Shown here: in pieces, positions 25,776 through 34,775 of the stretch | How the letters are laid out: every line of letters starts with the position of its first letter | Position numbering within the stretch: the stretch's first letter is position 1 | Assembly: GCA_964386385.1 (NCBI GenBank) | Contig: CAYLRN010000009.1 | Span: 28,488 to 92,487, forward strand | DNA length: 64,000 bases | From: an uncultured Lentisphaeraceae bacterium | Lineage (GTDB): Bacteria > Verrucomicrobiota > Kiritimatiellia > RFP12 > UBA1067 | Direction: 5' to 3' | Program-made: the position numbers and the translations under genes | The notes under the pieces: model-generated | Databases searched by the model: none | Seen by the model: only the letters and a program-made list of their open reading frames with translations | Told to the model about the DNA's origin: nothing

Positions 25776-27425
25776 ATGGCGAAAAGGAAGAAATCTCCGC
25801 TGATTCCGTATCTCAACGCGGCGGCAAACCTCTATGGGGCGTTGGCGGTGGACGACTTCTGCCGCATTTACAACGGCTATCTGCTGGACCGGAACGACGG
25901 GAGGGAATTCCTCATCTGGCAGGACAAGGTGGAGGATGCGATGTCGGCCGCGCTCTCGAAGATCGACGGCGACGTTCCGTTCGACGAGGTGGGCTTCCTG
26001 CGCTACGAGCATGACGACGGAACGGTCTACGTCGTCAGCCGCGACATGTTCTCAAAGGAGGATGACGAGGGGGAATGCGCCGACGACATTCTCGTCAACA
26101 GGATGCTGCAGGACAGGCGTGGTCAGATAGACCTCGCAGTCCTTCCCGAAGAGGATTTTCTGAAGTACCAGGACAAGGACTGGCTGCCGGAAACGGAAAA
26201 CGTCAAGGTCATGCGCGACATGCTTCTGAAGAGGTACGAATCCATGGGCGTGGGCAAGGCCGCTGCGGAGGACGACTTCTCCACCTTCGTCTTTCTAGCC
26301 AGGTCGAGCGCCGACCCCTCCGCCCTATGGTATTTCGCATGCGTAAAGCTCGACGCCTTTGCCCCCGAGAGCTCTGAGGACATTGCGTTCGTCAACTGCC
26401 TGATGCGCTTTATGTGCGACGTCCCCGTCTGGAGCTATCTTGGCCATTCGCGGAACGGCCTGATCGAACTGGGAGTCTTTACGGAGAAGGAGTGCGAAGC
26501 GGAACTGGTGGATTCGGTGGCGCGCGCGCGCGACAAGGCCATTGAATTGGCGGAACGGTACGACCGGGACGAGGAAGACGACCGGGACGACGAAGAGGAA
26601 GACGTCCTGGACGAGGACGATGACTGGGACGAAGAGGAGGAGGACTGGGACGAGGAGGAGGACGGCGAGGAAGACGAAGAGGACGCCGGGAGGCGGGAGA
26701 AGGAAGAGGCGGAAGACCGGGAATTTGTCGCCACGCTGCCGCCCGCCGGATGTCCCGACCACGAGGTCGACTTTTCATTCGTCAACGACGACGCCATGCA
26801 GAAGAAGACGCTGGAGAGTTTTCTGGACGTCCAGTCGATAGTCGACGATTTCGTCGATTGCGTATTGATGGATGAGGTCAAGAAGTCTGAACTGGCCGCG
26901 GCGGAGAAGCGTCTTGGGTTTGGGAAGCCGACGTCGGAGAGCATGGCGCTTGCCGTCGACTTCTATGCGGCCGTCTTCGGCAAGGACGGAAAGAAGTCTC
27001 CGCTCGCTCGTCTGCTTGCGGAAAGGGAGACGTTCGACGTGATCGACCGCGCGGCGCTCGACTACCTCGCGAACGTCCGCTACGCCTGGCTGGAGGCGCT
27101 GGCCGTGAAAAGGGGGTTGGGCGTCAGGTGCCGCGATCTGGTGACGGGGAAGGAACTCTTTCTCATGGAGCCCGACTTCAGCCAGAAGGTCGACGTCAAG
27201 GGCATGACGGTCTGCGGCCCGATTGCGCCGATGGGAGATGTCTACTTCATGCCGGACTTCCCCTGTCCGGTCCGCTTCAGGACGTCGGAAAGCGTCCATC
27301 GTGAAGTCAGGGAGGCACTTGGGCTTCCCCTGGAAGGTCCGCTCTCGCTCTCCCCGGAGGACGAGGCGCGCTTCGCCGCCGAGGCGATTTCGCGGGTCTA
27401 CATGGCCGGCGGCCTCGAGGATTAA
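25776..27425 (+). CDS. Hypothetical cytoplasmic protein with a long Asp/Glu-rich low-complexity segment
   Basis: ~550 aa with no recognisable domains. DE-rich stretch RDEEDDRDDEEEDVLDEDDDWDEEEEDWDEEEDGEEDEED. Somewhat lower GC than neighbours. The stop TAA is embedded in the TTAAGTGG repeat. Confidence 0.35.
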   Translation: MAKRKKSPLIPYLNAAANLYGALAVDDFCRIYNGYLLDRNDGREFLIWQDKVEDAMSAALSKIDGDVPFDEVGFLRYEHDDGTVYVVSRDMFSKEDDEGECADDILVNRMLQDRRGQIDLAVLPEEDFLKYQDKDWLPETENVKVMRDMLLKRYESMGVGKAAAEDDFSTFVFLARSSADPSALWYFACVKLDAFAPESSEDIAFVNCLMRFMCDVPVWSYLGHSRNGLIELGVFTEKECEAELVDSVARARDKAIELAERYDRDEEDDRDDEEEDVLDEDDDWDEEEEDWDEEEDGEEDEEDAGRREKEEAEDREFVATLPPAGCPDHEVDFSFVNDDAMQKKTLESFLDVQSIVDDFVDCVLMDEVKKSELAAAEKRLGFGKPTSESMALAVDFYAAVFGKDGKKSPLARLLAERETFDVIDRAALDYLANVRYAWLEALAVKRGLGVRCRDLVTGKELFLMEPDFSQKVDVKGMTVCGPIAPMGDVYFMPDFPCPVRFRTSESVHREVREALGLPLEGPLSLSPEDEARFAAEAISRVYMAGGLED

Positions 27426-27529
27426 GTGGTTATGTGCAGGTCGGACGTCGGGCAGGCGCAACTTAACCACCAGCCCACCTGCCCACCTGCCCACTTGACC
27501 ACTTAACCACTTAACCACTTAATGGTATA
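27417..27529. repeat. AT-rich TTAAGTGG/CACTTAAC repeat block (inverted ends, tandem 8-mers) upstream of AAA-ATPase-like gene copy 1
   Basis: GATTAAGTGGTTATGTGCAGGTCGGACGTCGGGCAGGCGCAA ... CCCACCTG CCCACCTG ... CACTTAACCACTTAACCACTTAATGGTATAAT. Homologous to 50225-50343. Confidence 0.75.
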
Positions 27530-27531
27530 AT
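27503..27531 (+). promoter_or_regulatory. Promoter TTAACC-16-TGgTATAAT ending 7 nt before an ATG, which would give a leaderless or near-leaderless transcript
   Basis: TGGTATAAT at 27523-27531 with in-frame ATGs at 27530 and 27539. The -35-like TTAACC lies within the tandem repeat. Confidence 0.4.
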
Positions 27532-29308
27532 GGCTGACATGGAAGAACACGAGCCGAAGAGAATAGCCTACGGCGTGATCAACTACGCCGAGCTCGTCCG
27601 CGAATGCCACTTCGTGGACAACACCGCGCACCTCCGCGCGCTCGAGCGCGTGAAGACGCCCATCTTCCTGCGCCCGAAGCGCTTCGGCAAGTCGCTCTGG
27701 TGCTCCATGCTCGGCTACTACTACGACGTGAAGGAGAAGGGCAGCTTCGCGGAGCTCTTCGGCAGGACGGACATCGGACGGCGCCCCACGCCGCTCGCGA
27801 ACTCGTTCCTCGTGATAAAGTTCGACTTCTCCGTGATCACCGTCGGTACGCTCGCGGAAATAGAGCGTGAATTCTTCACGCACGTGAAGGGCTGCGTCGG
27901 GAACTTCGCGGCGCACTACGGCGACCTTGCGGACTGGTCGTCCGCGCTTGGGATGTCGACCCCGGCTTCCATGATCGCGGAGGTCCGCAATGTCGTCGCC
28001 CGCAACGGTCTCCCGCCGCTGTACGCGATCGTGGACGAGTACGACAACTTCACGAACGAACTGGTGGTGTCCGGACGCGACGCGGACTACGACGCCGTGT
28101 GCGGACACGACGGCGGGGCGGTGCGCGAATCGTTCTTCAAGGCGTTCTTCAAGTCGTTCAAGGCGGGGCTCGCCGACGGCACGGTCGGGCGCACGTACTT
28201 CACGGGCGTGCTGCCCATCACGCTCGACGACCTTTCGAGCGGGTTCAACGTCGGCACCGTCGTGAGCCTCAACCCGGAGTTCATCTCCATGGTCGGGTTC
28301 ACGCAGAGGCAGGTCGAGCGCTACGTGGACGACGTGTTCGCCGACTTCGGGTTCGACCCGGCCTTGAAGCCCACCGTCCTCTCCGACATGAAGGCGTTCT
28401 ACGACGGCTACCGCTTCACGCCCGAATCCGAACCGCTCTACAACGCGACGATCTGCAACTGGTACGTGTTCAACCTCGTCTCGAACGGCGGCCGCCCGCC
28501 GACGTACGTGATCGACGCGAACCTGCGGACTGACGTCGGCTGGGTCCGCCGCCTCGGCGGGTCGAACGACAGGGTGCGCGACCGCGTCCGCGCCTACGTC
28601 GAGCGCGGGGAGGGCGAGGACGCCGATTCGGGCGGACTCTCCGCGAAGTTCGGGCGCGTGAAGTTCTTCTCGAAGGAGTTCTTCCCGTACGCGCTCTACT
28701 ACCTTGGGCTTCTCACGTTCGAGAACAGGTTCAGGATGCAGATTCCGAACCTCATGGTCCGGAACATGTTCGTGGACTACTACGACGAGCTGACGCAGGT
28801 GTCCAACGGCGCGGAGGCGAGCCGCCACTTCCTCGCCGCCGCCGAGTCGCTCGCCCTTGGCGACGGCACGTGGAGGGGCCTCTTCGCGGCGTTCTGGGAG
28901 CACTACGTGAAGGCGCGGATTCCCGCGCAGGCGTTCGACCAGATGAACGAGAACTTCTTCCGGACGACGTTCACGTCCCGCGCCTGGGACGCGCTCTGCC
29001 CGTTCTACTCGTTCGAGACGGAGTACAACACGCCCGCCGGCCGCGTGGACTTCCTCGCGACGCCGAAGCCGGGCTACCCGAAGCCGGCGATGCTGATCGA
29101 GTTCAAGTACTTCACGAACGCCGAGACCGACCGCGTCCATGCGCTGGAGCGCACCGTCCCGGACGGGGAGACGGCGGCGCAGGCCATTCGCTACCGCGAA
29201 TCGCTGAAGTCCCGCCTGACGTGGGTCTCGTCCGTCAGGACCGCCGTGATCGAGGTCTGCGGCTCCCGCGGCTGGAACTGGTTCGACGTGGAGTGCGCGG
29301 GAGATTGA
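27530..29308 (+). CDS. AAA-ATPase-like (PF09820-type) protein with C-terminal PD-(D/E)xK nuclease (PDDEXK_9-type) domain, copy 1
   Basis: N-terminal RFGKSLWCSMLGYYYD motif. ~96% aa identity to the 50344-52101 copy. Confidence 0.6.
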   Translation: MADMEEHEPKRIAYGVINYAELVRECHFVDNTAHLRALERVKTPIFLRPKRFGKSLWCSMLGYYYDVKEKGSFAELFGRTDIGRRPTPLANSFLVIKFDFSVITVGTLAEIEREFFTHVKGCVGNFAAHYGDLADWSSALGMSTPASMIAEVRNVVARNGLPPLYAIVDEYDNFTNELVVSGRDADYDAVCGHDGGAVRESFFKAFFKSFKAGLADGTVGRTYFTGVLPITLDDLSSGFNVGTVVSLNPEFISMVGFTQRQVERYVDDVFADFGFDPALKPTVLSDMKAFYDGYRFTPESEPLYNATICNWYVFNLVSNGGRPPTYVIDANLRTDVGWVRRLGGSNDRVRDRVRAYVERGEGEDADSGGLSAKFGRVKFFSKEFFPYALYYLGLLTFENRFRMQIPNLMVRNMFVDYYDELTQVSNGAEASRHFLAAAESLALGDGTWRGLFAAFWEHYVKARIPAQAFDQMNENFFRTTFTSRAWDALCPFYSFETEYNTPAGRVDFLATPKPGYPKPAMLIEFKYFTNAETDRVHALERTVPDGETAAQAIRYRESLKSRLTWVSSVRTAVIEVCGSRGWNWFDVECAGD

Positions 29309-29324
29309 GCGGTTGAGCTGCACG

Positions 29325-29350
29325 AACATTCTTTTGACAGCCGCTTAACC
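29325..29350. repeat. Solitary CTTAACCGCTTAATCC end-type repeat downstream of copy 1
   Basis: Same motif as 11448-11470. Marks the left edge of the low-GC island. Confidence 0.6.
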
Positions 29351-29362
29351 GCTTAATCCTTT

Positions 29363-30580
29363 TTATTGCGGGCAGCACCACTCCGAGAAGGGGATTACGT
29401 CGATTGTGCGGTCTCCAAAGACGAGGCGGTCGCGCTGGGCGTATGTCACAATCGTGCCGGAGTTGAACGATAGCCTTTCCATGGCACGGAGAAGTCCCCT
29501 GATTTCGCGGTCTTTGTTTTCATCCGTCAGCCTGATGCAGGTCTGGACGGCCGCTGTCACAGAGTGTCTGTCCTTCACGATGAAGTCGCATTCACCGTCG
29601 TCGTCAAAGTAGGAGATGTCCTTCGCGTTGCGGCGGATGGCGAGATAGACCATGTTCTCGAACCGTGCGCCGTCATTCGGTATCCTTCGCGACGAAACGG
29701 CGTATTCAAGACCGGTATCCACGCAGTAGACCTTTCTGGGATTGAGGAGGCGGGATTTCCGCGAGTCGCTGCAGATCGGGACGAAGAAAAAGAGGTAGGC
29801 CTTTTCTATCCATTCGCACCATTGCGTGACGGTTGAGGCGCTTGCGACGTTCAAGGGTCTGCACATTCGTGAGGCCGTGAACCGGCATCCGACGTTTTCG
29901 ACAAGATAGGCCGTCAGTTCACGCACCGCCGCGACGTCGCGGATCTTGTTGTGGACGATCACGTCTCTGTACACGATGTCGTCAAAGAGCTCCTGAAGGA
30001 CAATCTCCTCGCCGGTCTGCAGATAGCGGGGGAAGCCGCCGTCATGCGCATATGCGGCGACGCTTTCCTCGGTGGGCGGCCTGTTGGTGTATTGCAGATA
30101 CTCTCCGTAGGAAAACGGGAAGAGTTCCCTTGAAATGTGGCGCCCCGTCATCTTTGTCCCAAGTTCGCCCTCGAGAATGGTGGCGTTAGATCCCGAAATG
30201 CATATGTGGAAGTCTTCGTCAAGTTTCTGGCGGACGTACTTCTCCCATCCTGCAAACTGGTCCACTTCGTCGAAGAACAGCCGCCTTGCGCCAGATCGCT
30301 CGATCAGCGCATCGAGACGGACGGTATCGCGCATCTCGAATTGCGTCAGAAGCGGCGATTCGAAATTGACGAAGAACCATGGTTCGTCCTTTGCGTGAAT
30401 CCGCTGTCTCATGAGAGTGGACTTTCCGCATCGGCGTACGCCGGTTATGTCCAGGACGTGTGAATCCAGCAATGCTTCGTTGAACGTGAACATCCGCGCC
30501 TGTCCATCGTCCTTTCTTTCCTCGGTCAGACGCTGCCTGTCGATGATTGCCGCAAGTTCAGATTCAAGGATCATTGGCAT
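29363..30580 (-). CDS. ATP-binding protein of the AAA_14 + DUF4143 architecture
   Basis: Walker A GVRRCGKST. 405 aa. C-terminal region typical of DUF4143-type proteins. SD-like AAGGA upstream. Confidence 0.55.
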   Translation of the reverse strand: MPMILESELAAIIDRQRLTEERKDDGQARMFTFNEALLDSHVLDITGVRRCGKSTLMRQRIHAKDEPWFFVNFESPLLTQFEMRDTVRLDALIERSGARRLFFDEVDQFAGWEKYVRQKLDEDFHICISGSNATILEGELGTKMTGRHISRELFPFSYGEYLQYTNRPPTEESVAAYAHDGGFPRYLQTGEEIVLQELFDDIVYRDVIVHNKIRDVAAVRELTAYLVENVGCRFTASRMCRPLNVASASTVTQWCEWIEKAYLFFFVPICSDSRKSRLLNPRKVYCVDTGLEYAVSSRRIPNDGARFENMVYLAIRRNAKDISYFDDDGECDFIVKDRHSVTAAVQTCIRLTDENKDREIRGLLRAMERLSFNSGTIVTYAQRDRLVFGDRTIDVIPFSEWCCPQ

Positions 30581-30627
30581 CGTCCTTTTTATTAGTTTGC
30601 CATTCGCCTATTTAGGCGTTTGGCATT

Positions 30628-30656
30628 AGTGTATCATAATGGCGCTGCGCGGACAA
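30628..30656 (-). promoter_or_regulatory. Promoter (minus strand) TTGTCC-17-TGaTACACT for the AAA_14/DUF4143 gene
   Basis: On the plus strand, AGTGTATCA lies at 30628-30636 and GGACAA at 30651-30656. Divergent from the C-gene promoter. Confidence 0.4.
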
Positions 30657-30849
30657 GCGGCAATGGCCGTCAGGCCGCGGAGTTTTTCCCTCACGGAAGG
30701 GTGAATTTCGCCACCAACAACCATCTAAATTTTATTCGATCTATTACTCAAGGTGAATGGGCGGTGACAAGTGTGTCATGGGGGAAATATATGGGGACTT
30801 GCCAGTTATGCGGTTGCAAATTTTATCTTTAAGGGGGATTGAAATATTT

Positions 30850-30878
30850 ACAAGGGGTATTGGCTGTGGACTTCGTTT
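30850..30878 (+). promoter_or_regulatory. Promoter TTGGCT-17-TGgTATCAT for the controller/restriction-modification operon
   Basis: TTGGCT at 30850-30855 and TATCAT at 30873-30878 with a TG extension. ~70 nt upstream of the C-gene ATG, which has a GAGG RBS. Confidence 0.45.
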
Positions 30879-30949
30879 ATGGTATCATGTCCCACGAATG
30901 GAGTTAGAACTGAAGAAAGACGGCAGCGCTTTGGAATTGAGGCTTCGAT

Positions 30950-31177
30950 ATGGCATTAAGTTATAAGAGATTATGGAAATTGCTCATCGATCGAGATCTG
31001 AAGCGGAAAGACCTCCATCGCATTTCCGGCGTGTCGTCTGCTACGCTTGCGAAGATGTCTCGCGGGGAAAGCGTTGCGGCGTCCATTCTTGACAGAATAT
31101 GCCTTTCCCTGAATTGCGATATTTCAGAGGTCGTTGAGGTAGTGCCGCAAGACTGCCCCAAAGCACCATCGAATTAA
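30950..31177 (+). CDS. Small XRE-type HTH protein, putative controller (C) protein of the restriction-modification system
   Basis: 75 aa with an HTH (RISGVSSATLAKMSRGESVAASILDRICLSL). First gene of the operon, immediately upstream of M1. Confidence 0.5.
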   Translation: MALSYKRLWKLLIDRDLKRKDLHRISGVSSATLAKMSRGESVAASILDRICLSLNCDISEVVEVVPQDCPKAPSN

Positions 31178-31194
31178 AGGCCGGGAAGACGTAT

Positions 31195-32289
31195 ATGAAG
31201 AACACCATGGACAACAGGCCTTTAACCTGCATCGATCTTTTTTGCGGGTGCGGAGGTCTCTCGTTGGGATTTCGCAATGCCGGATTCAACGTCGTCGCCG
31301 GCATAGATTCATGGAAGGACGCACTTGTCACCCACAGGAAGAATCTGCCCGAATCTCTGGCGGTTTGCGCCGATCTCTTTTCGTTTACCCCCCATGAATT
31401 GAAAAGCAGGCATGGCGTTTCCGATGTGGACGTCATTGTCGGCGGTCCGCCGTGCCAGGGGTTTTCCATAGCGGGAAAACGCATCGTCGATGACAAGCGA
31501 AACAAGCTGTACAAGTCCTTTGTCGAGTTTGTCCGCTGCTATCGGCCAAGGGCGTTTGTCATGGAAAACGTGCCTAATTTGCTGTCGCTCGCCGGCGGTG
31601 TCGTCAGGGATGCGATAATGGCGGATTTCACGAATATCGGCTACAGGGTCGTCTACAAGGTGTTGACTGCCTCCGATTACGGGACGCCGCAAAACCGGCG
31701 GCGTGTTTTCTTTGTCGGACTGAAGAACGACATCTCTGCCGAATTCGAATTTCCAAAGGCAGAATTCGGGACCGACGAGAGGCCCTGCGTAACCTGCAGG
31801 GAGGCCATATCAGACCTCGATTTCATAGGCGATACGGGACTGCTCCCCGAAATCGCTGAATACCAAGTTCCGCCGCAATCGGAATTCCAAAAGGTCGTTC
31901 GTTCGGGTTCTGCGCATCTTTTGAATCATGTCGCCACGATTCACACGGAACAGACGCGTCGGATCATCGGCATGGTTCCTGACGGCGGCAACTACAAAGA
32001 CCTGCCCGAGGAGCTGTGGAGCACTCGGAAAGTCCATATCGCGTGGACAAGGATGAGAAGCGACAGACCATGCTTCACCATTGACTGTGGACACAACCAC
32101 CACTTCCATTATTCCGCCAACCGCGTTCCGACCGTGCGTGAAGCCGCGCGAATCCAGTCTTTCCCGGACACTTTTGAGATTGTGGGGATAAAGACCAGCC
32201 AGCTGAAACAGGTCGGCAATGCGGTGCCCCCGATGTTGGCAAAGGCGGTGGCGACAAGTCTCATCAGGACTTTGACGAAAGAGGATTGA
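31195..32289 (+). CDS. DNA (cytosine-5)-methyltransferase M1
   Basis: Motif I LFCGCGGLSLG, motif IV GGPPCQGFSIAG, ENV motif ENVPNLLS, QNRRRVFFVG, and a C-terminal GNAVPPMLA. Confidence 0.8.
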   Translation: MKNTMDNRPLTCIDLFCGCGGLSLGFRNAGFNVVAGIDSWKDALVTHRKNLPESLAVCADLFSFTPHELKSRHGVSDVDVIVGGPPCQGFSIAGKRIVDDKRNKLYKSFVEFVRCYRPRAFVMENVPNLLSLAGGVVRDAIMADFTNIGYRVVYKVLTASDYGTPQNRRRVFFVGLKNDISAEFEFPKAEFGTDERPCVTCREAISDLDFIGDTGLLPEIAEYQVPPQSEFQKVVRSGSAHLLNHVATIHTEQTRRIIGMVPDGGNYKDLPEELWSTRKVHIAWTRMRSDRPCFTIDCGHNHHFHYSANRVPTVREAARIQSFPDTFEIVGIKTSQLKQVGNAVPPMLAKAVATSLIRTLTKED

Positions 32290-32290
32290 G

Positions 32291-33718
32291 ATGTACAACC
32301 ACACAAGACAGCTTCGCTGCGATTTCATTCGCGGGAAATCCCAAAAGGAAATGGACGACATGCTGTCTTTATACGCAAAGGCCGTAGAGGCGTCCTGTCC
32401 ATGTGAATCCGATTCGTTCCCGAAACGGTTTGACGCAGAGATTTCGCGCTTGCTGCCTTCTGCGACGCCCAAGACGATTGCCAACCATAGAACGGAGATC
32501 GCCGGGAAGTTGCTCGGTCTGTTTTTTGAACAGGATGGCACGGTACATGAATCCGACCGGAACAAGAAGTTTCTTCAGGATTCGGACCAGCCCGCCCTGT
32601 TCAAAGACATCTGCTTCAAGCACCAGTTCCCGACCGGAGTCCAAAAAATTGCAACCGTTTGCGAGAAGGTTGAAGATGGAATGAATTTCCGTCCTTATCC
32701 ATTCATCCTGTCCCTATTGAAAATGGCGGAAGACAGGTCTTTGCAGTTGACTGCCAAGGACATTGGCTATTATGTTCTCAATTCTGCCGACGCATTAAAG
32801 GGCAAAGCCAATCCACAGGAGGTCTTTGACGCCATCCAAAGGGATAAGGTCAAAGGAATTGCGCGGGAGATTCCGTCAAACGGCAAGGCATCGTCCTTTG
32901 TGTTCCAGCACATTCGTGAGCAGATGAATTACCTTGAACTGGCCAATCTGATCTATATGGGTCGGGATGGCGGAATCCATTTGAACCATTACGAGGACAC
33001 CGCCATATCCGCGTTCACGGTCGAAGTGGGAAAGGGATTGCTGTTCGATTTCCGCAAATACGACCTTGCAAGCCAGGACGGACGAAAACAGGCATGTTGC
33101 GATTGGGGCAAGTACTATGGCGAACTTTCAACGCCGGCGATCAAAGGGGAATTCGTCACCAATGCGGCGGCAATAGTCAACAAGCCTGGCGAAACGCCGC
33201 CCGCTCCACAGTCCGCTACCGCGCAGGGGTCAAACGCTGTCGCAATCGGAGACGAGGGCGAGGATGTCGTGTTCAAATATGAAAGGGCGCGGGTAAAGGC
33301 CTACAATTCGCACCTTGTCAACCGTGTGCTTTCACTTGGGAAAACGAAGGGGCTTGGCTATGACATCCAGTCTGTCGTGGCGACTCCCGGACCAACGGCT
33401 GAATACAGCAAATACATCGAAGTGAAGTCGACAAAGCGCGTGACAGTGCCAGACGTCAGAGACAGTTCGTGGTTTGACAGTTTCACCATGACACGAAACG
33501 AATATCTGGCGGCGCGGCAGCATGGGGAACTATATTCCGTTTTCAGGGTCTATTTCACGCGGGGCGGCATTTCCTTTCACGTCATTGAGAACATCCCGCA
33601 GAAGACGGCTGCCGGAAAAATCGAAGTGACGCCGATTGCCTACAGAGTGGACTTTTCGGGCAAGTCAATAGACACGGTGATCTCGACCGGTTCCGTTCAG
33701 GAGATGACAAATGCTTAA
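32291..33718 (+). CDS. Putative Type II restriction endonuclease with a C-terminal DUF3883-like PD-(D/E)xK nuclease domain
   Basis: Placed between two C5-methyltransferases with overlapping or abutting stops and starts (32289/32291; 33711-33718). The C-terminus has GLGYDIQSV...YIEVKSTKR (a D...E.K triad) typical of DUF3883. The N-terminal ~330 aa has no known motif and is presumably the DNA-recognition domain. Confidence 0.5.
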   Translation: MYNHTRQLRCDFIRGKSQKEMDDMLSLYAKAVEASCPCESDSFPKRFDAEISRLLPSATPKTIANHRTEIAGKLLGLFFEQDGTVHESDRNKKFLQDSDQPALFKDICFKHQFPTGVQKIATVCEKVEDGMNFRPYPFILSLLKMAEDRSLQLTAKDIGYYVLNSADALKGKANPQEVFDAIQRDKVKGIAREIPSNGKASSFVFQHIREQMNYLELANLIYMGRDGGIHLNHYEDTAISAFTVEVGKGLLFDFRKYDLASQDGRKQACCDWGKYYGELSTPAIKGEFVTNAAAIVNKPGETPPAPQSATAQGSNAVAIGDEGEDVVFKYERARVKAYNSHLVNRVLSLGKTKGLGYDIQSVVATPGPTAEYSKYIEVKSTKRVTVPDVRDSSWFDSFTMTRNEYLAARQHGELYSVFRVYFTRGGISFHVIENIPQKTAAGKIEVTPIAYRVDFSGKSIDTVISTGSVQEMTNA

Positions 33719-34775
33719 GGTCGCATCGCTGTTTTCCGGCTGTGGAGGTTCCGACCTTGGAACGCTCGGCGGCTTCTCGTACCTTGGGAACGATTATCCT
33801 CGCCTCCCGTTCGACATAGCATATGCGGTGGACTTCGACAAGGACGCGGTCGAAACCTACAACCGCAATTTTCCGAGCAAGGCTGTTTGCGGTGACGTGA
33901 CGAAAATCGACGTCGAAAGGGACATTCCCGACATCGACGTCCTCATCGGCGGATTTCCGTGCCAGTCGTTCAGCACGCTCAATCCCACGAAAAACACCAA
34001 TGACGCGCGCGCAAATCTCTACAAGGAAATCGTAAGAATTCTAATGGCAAAGCAGCCTAAATGCTTTGTGTGCGAAAACGTCAAAGGTCTCATGACACTG
34101 CAGGGCGGTTCCATCATAAAGAAGATCGAGGACGAATTCGCCGATGCAGGCTACAGGGTCGTCCACAAACTCCTTCGCGCCGTGGACTACGGAGTGCCGC
34201 AGCGGAGGGAACGGGTCATCATTGTGGGCATTCGCAGAGACGTTGACGCCGATTATGAATTCCCGACTCCGCTTCTCCGGGAAGACGAATGGGTGCCGAT
34301 CCGTGCCGTGGTAAAGGAACTTGCGATTCCCGAAAGCAGGTACTACTTTTCGCAACGCGCCGTGGAGGGCATGAAAAACGCGAAGAACAACATGAAGCGC
34401 GGCCTTTGGCAGGATCTGGACGGCCCATGCCTGACGTTGACTTCGCATCTTGCCAAAGTAAGCCTGAATTCGCGCGATCCGGTTCTGCTTGTAGACCCTG
34501 AAAAAGAGCTCTACCGAAGATTCACCGTCGCGGAAGCGGCCGGAATCCAGTCGTTTCCGGATGATTTCGTATTTCCGGGGTCAGACAGCAGGGCATACAA
34601 GCAGATCGGCAATGCCGTTCCGCCTGTCCTGATGTGGCACGTAATGAATTCGCTTTCATGGACAATGGCCGGCGAACGGTTTAAGGTCGTTCCGACTGAT
34701 ATGGAAGTGCCGTCATCTCATCAGTTTGGTCTCAAGGCCGCGCCGGACGTCATGCATTCGGCAGGAAGACGGTGA
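33711..34775 (+). CDS. DNA (cytosine-5)-methyltransferase M2
   Basis: LFSGCGGSDLG, GGFPCQSFSTLN, ENVKGLMT, QRRERVIIVG and a C-terminal GNAVPPVLM. The last ~25 codons run into high-GC native DNA and overlap the convergent histidine-kinase gene. Confidence 0.8.
   Translation: MLKVASLFSGCGGSDLGTLGGFSYLGNDYPRLPFDIAYAVDFDKDAVETYNRNFPSKAVCGDVTKIDVERDIPDIDVLIGGFPCQSFSTLNPTKNTNDARANLYKEIVRILMAKQPKCFVCENVKGLMTLQGGSIIKKIEDEFADAGYRVVHKLLRAVDYGVPQRRERVIIVGIRRDVDADYEFPTPLLREDEWVPIRAVVKELAIPESRYYFSQRAVEGMKNAKNNMKRGLWQDLDGPCLTLTSHLAKVSLNSRDPVLLVDPEKELYRRFTVAEAAGIQSFPDDFVFPGSDSRAYKQIGNAVPPVLMWHVMNSLSWTMAGERFKVVPTDMEVPSSHQFGLKAAPDVMHSAGRR

Larger units (their letters stand above)
29350..34740. other. Low-GC genomic island (~5.4 kb): AAA_14/DUF4143 ATPase plus C-M1-R-M2 restriction-modification operon
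   Basis: Visibly lower GC (roughly 45-52% by eye) than the flanking ~68% GC DNA. Bounded by the TTAAGTGG-family repeat on the left and the native histidine kinase 3' end on the right. Confidence 0.6.

Noticed and set aside
27495-27525. CRISPR-like array (short tandem CACTTAAC repeats; also 50290-50320)
   Set aside because: The units are only 8 nt with no spacers, there are only 3-4 copies, and no cas genes are present. They form an AT-rich tandem motif within the promoter and repeat element.
30620-30966. Two small ORFs (70 and 69 aa) in the AT-rich spacer between the ATPase and C genes
   Set aside because: No RBS, no recognisable motifs, and they overlap the predicted divergent promoters. 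Treated as non-coding, although a small regulatory peptide cannot be excluded.
29350-34740. Integrative element with integrase or transposase responsible for the low-GC island
   Set aside because: Every ORF in the island is accounted for (ATPase, C, M1, R, M2) and none resembles a recombinase. Mobility genes, if any, are lost or lie outside.
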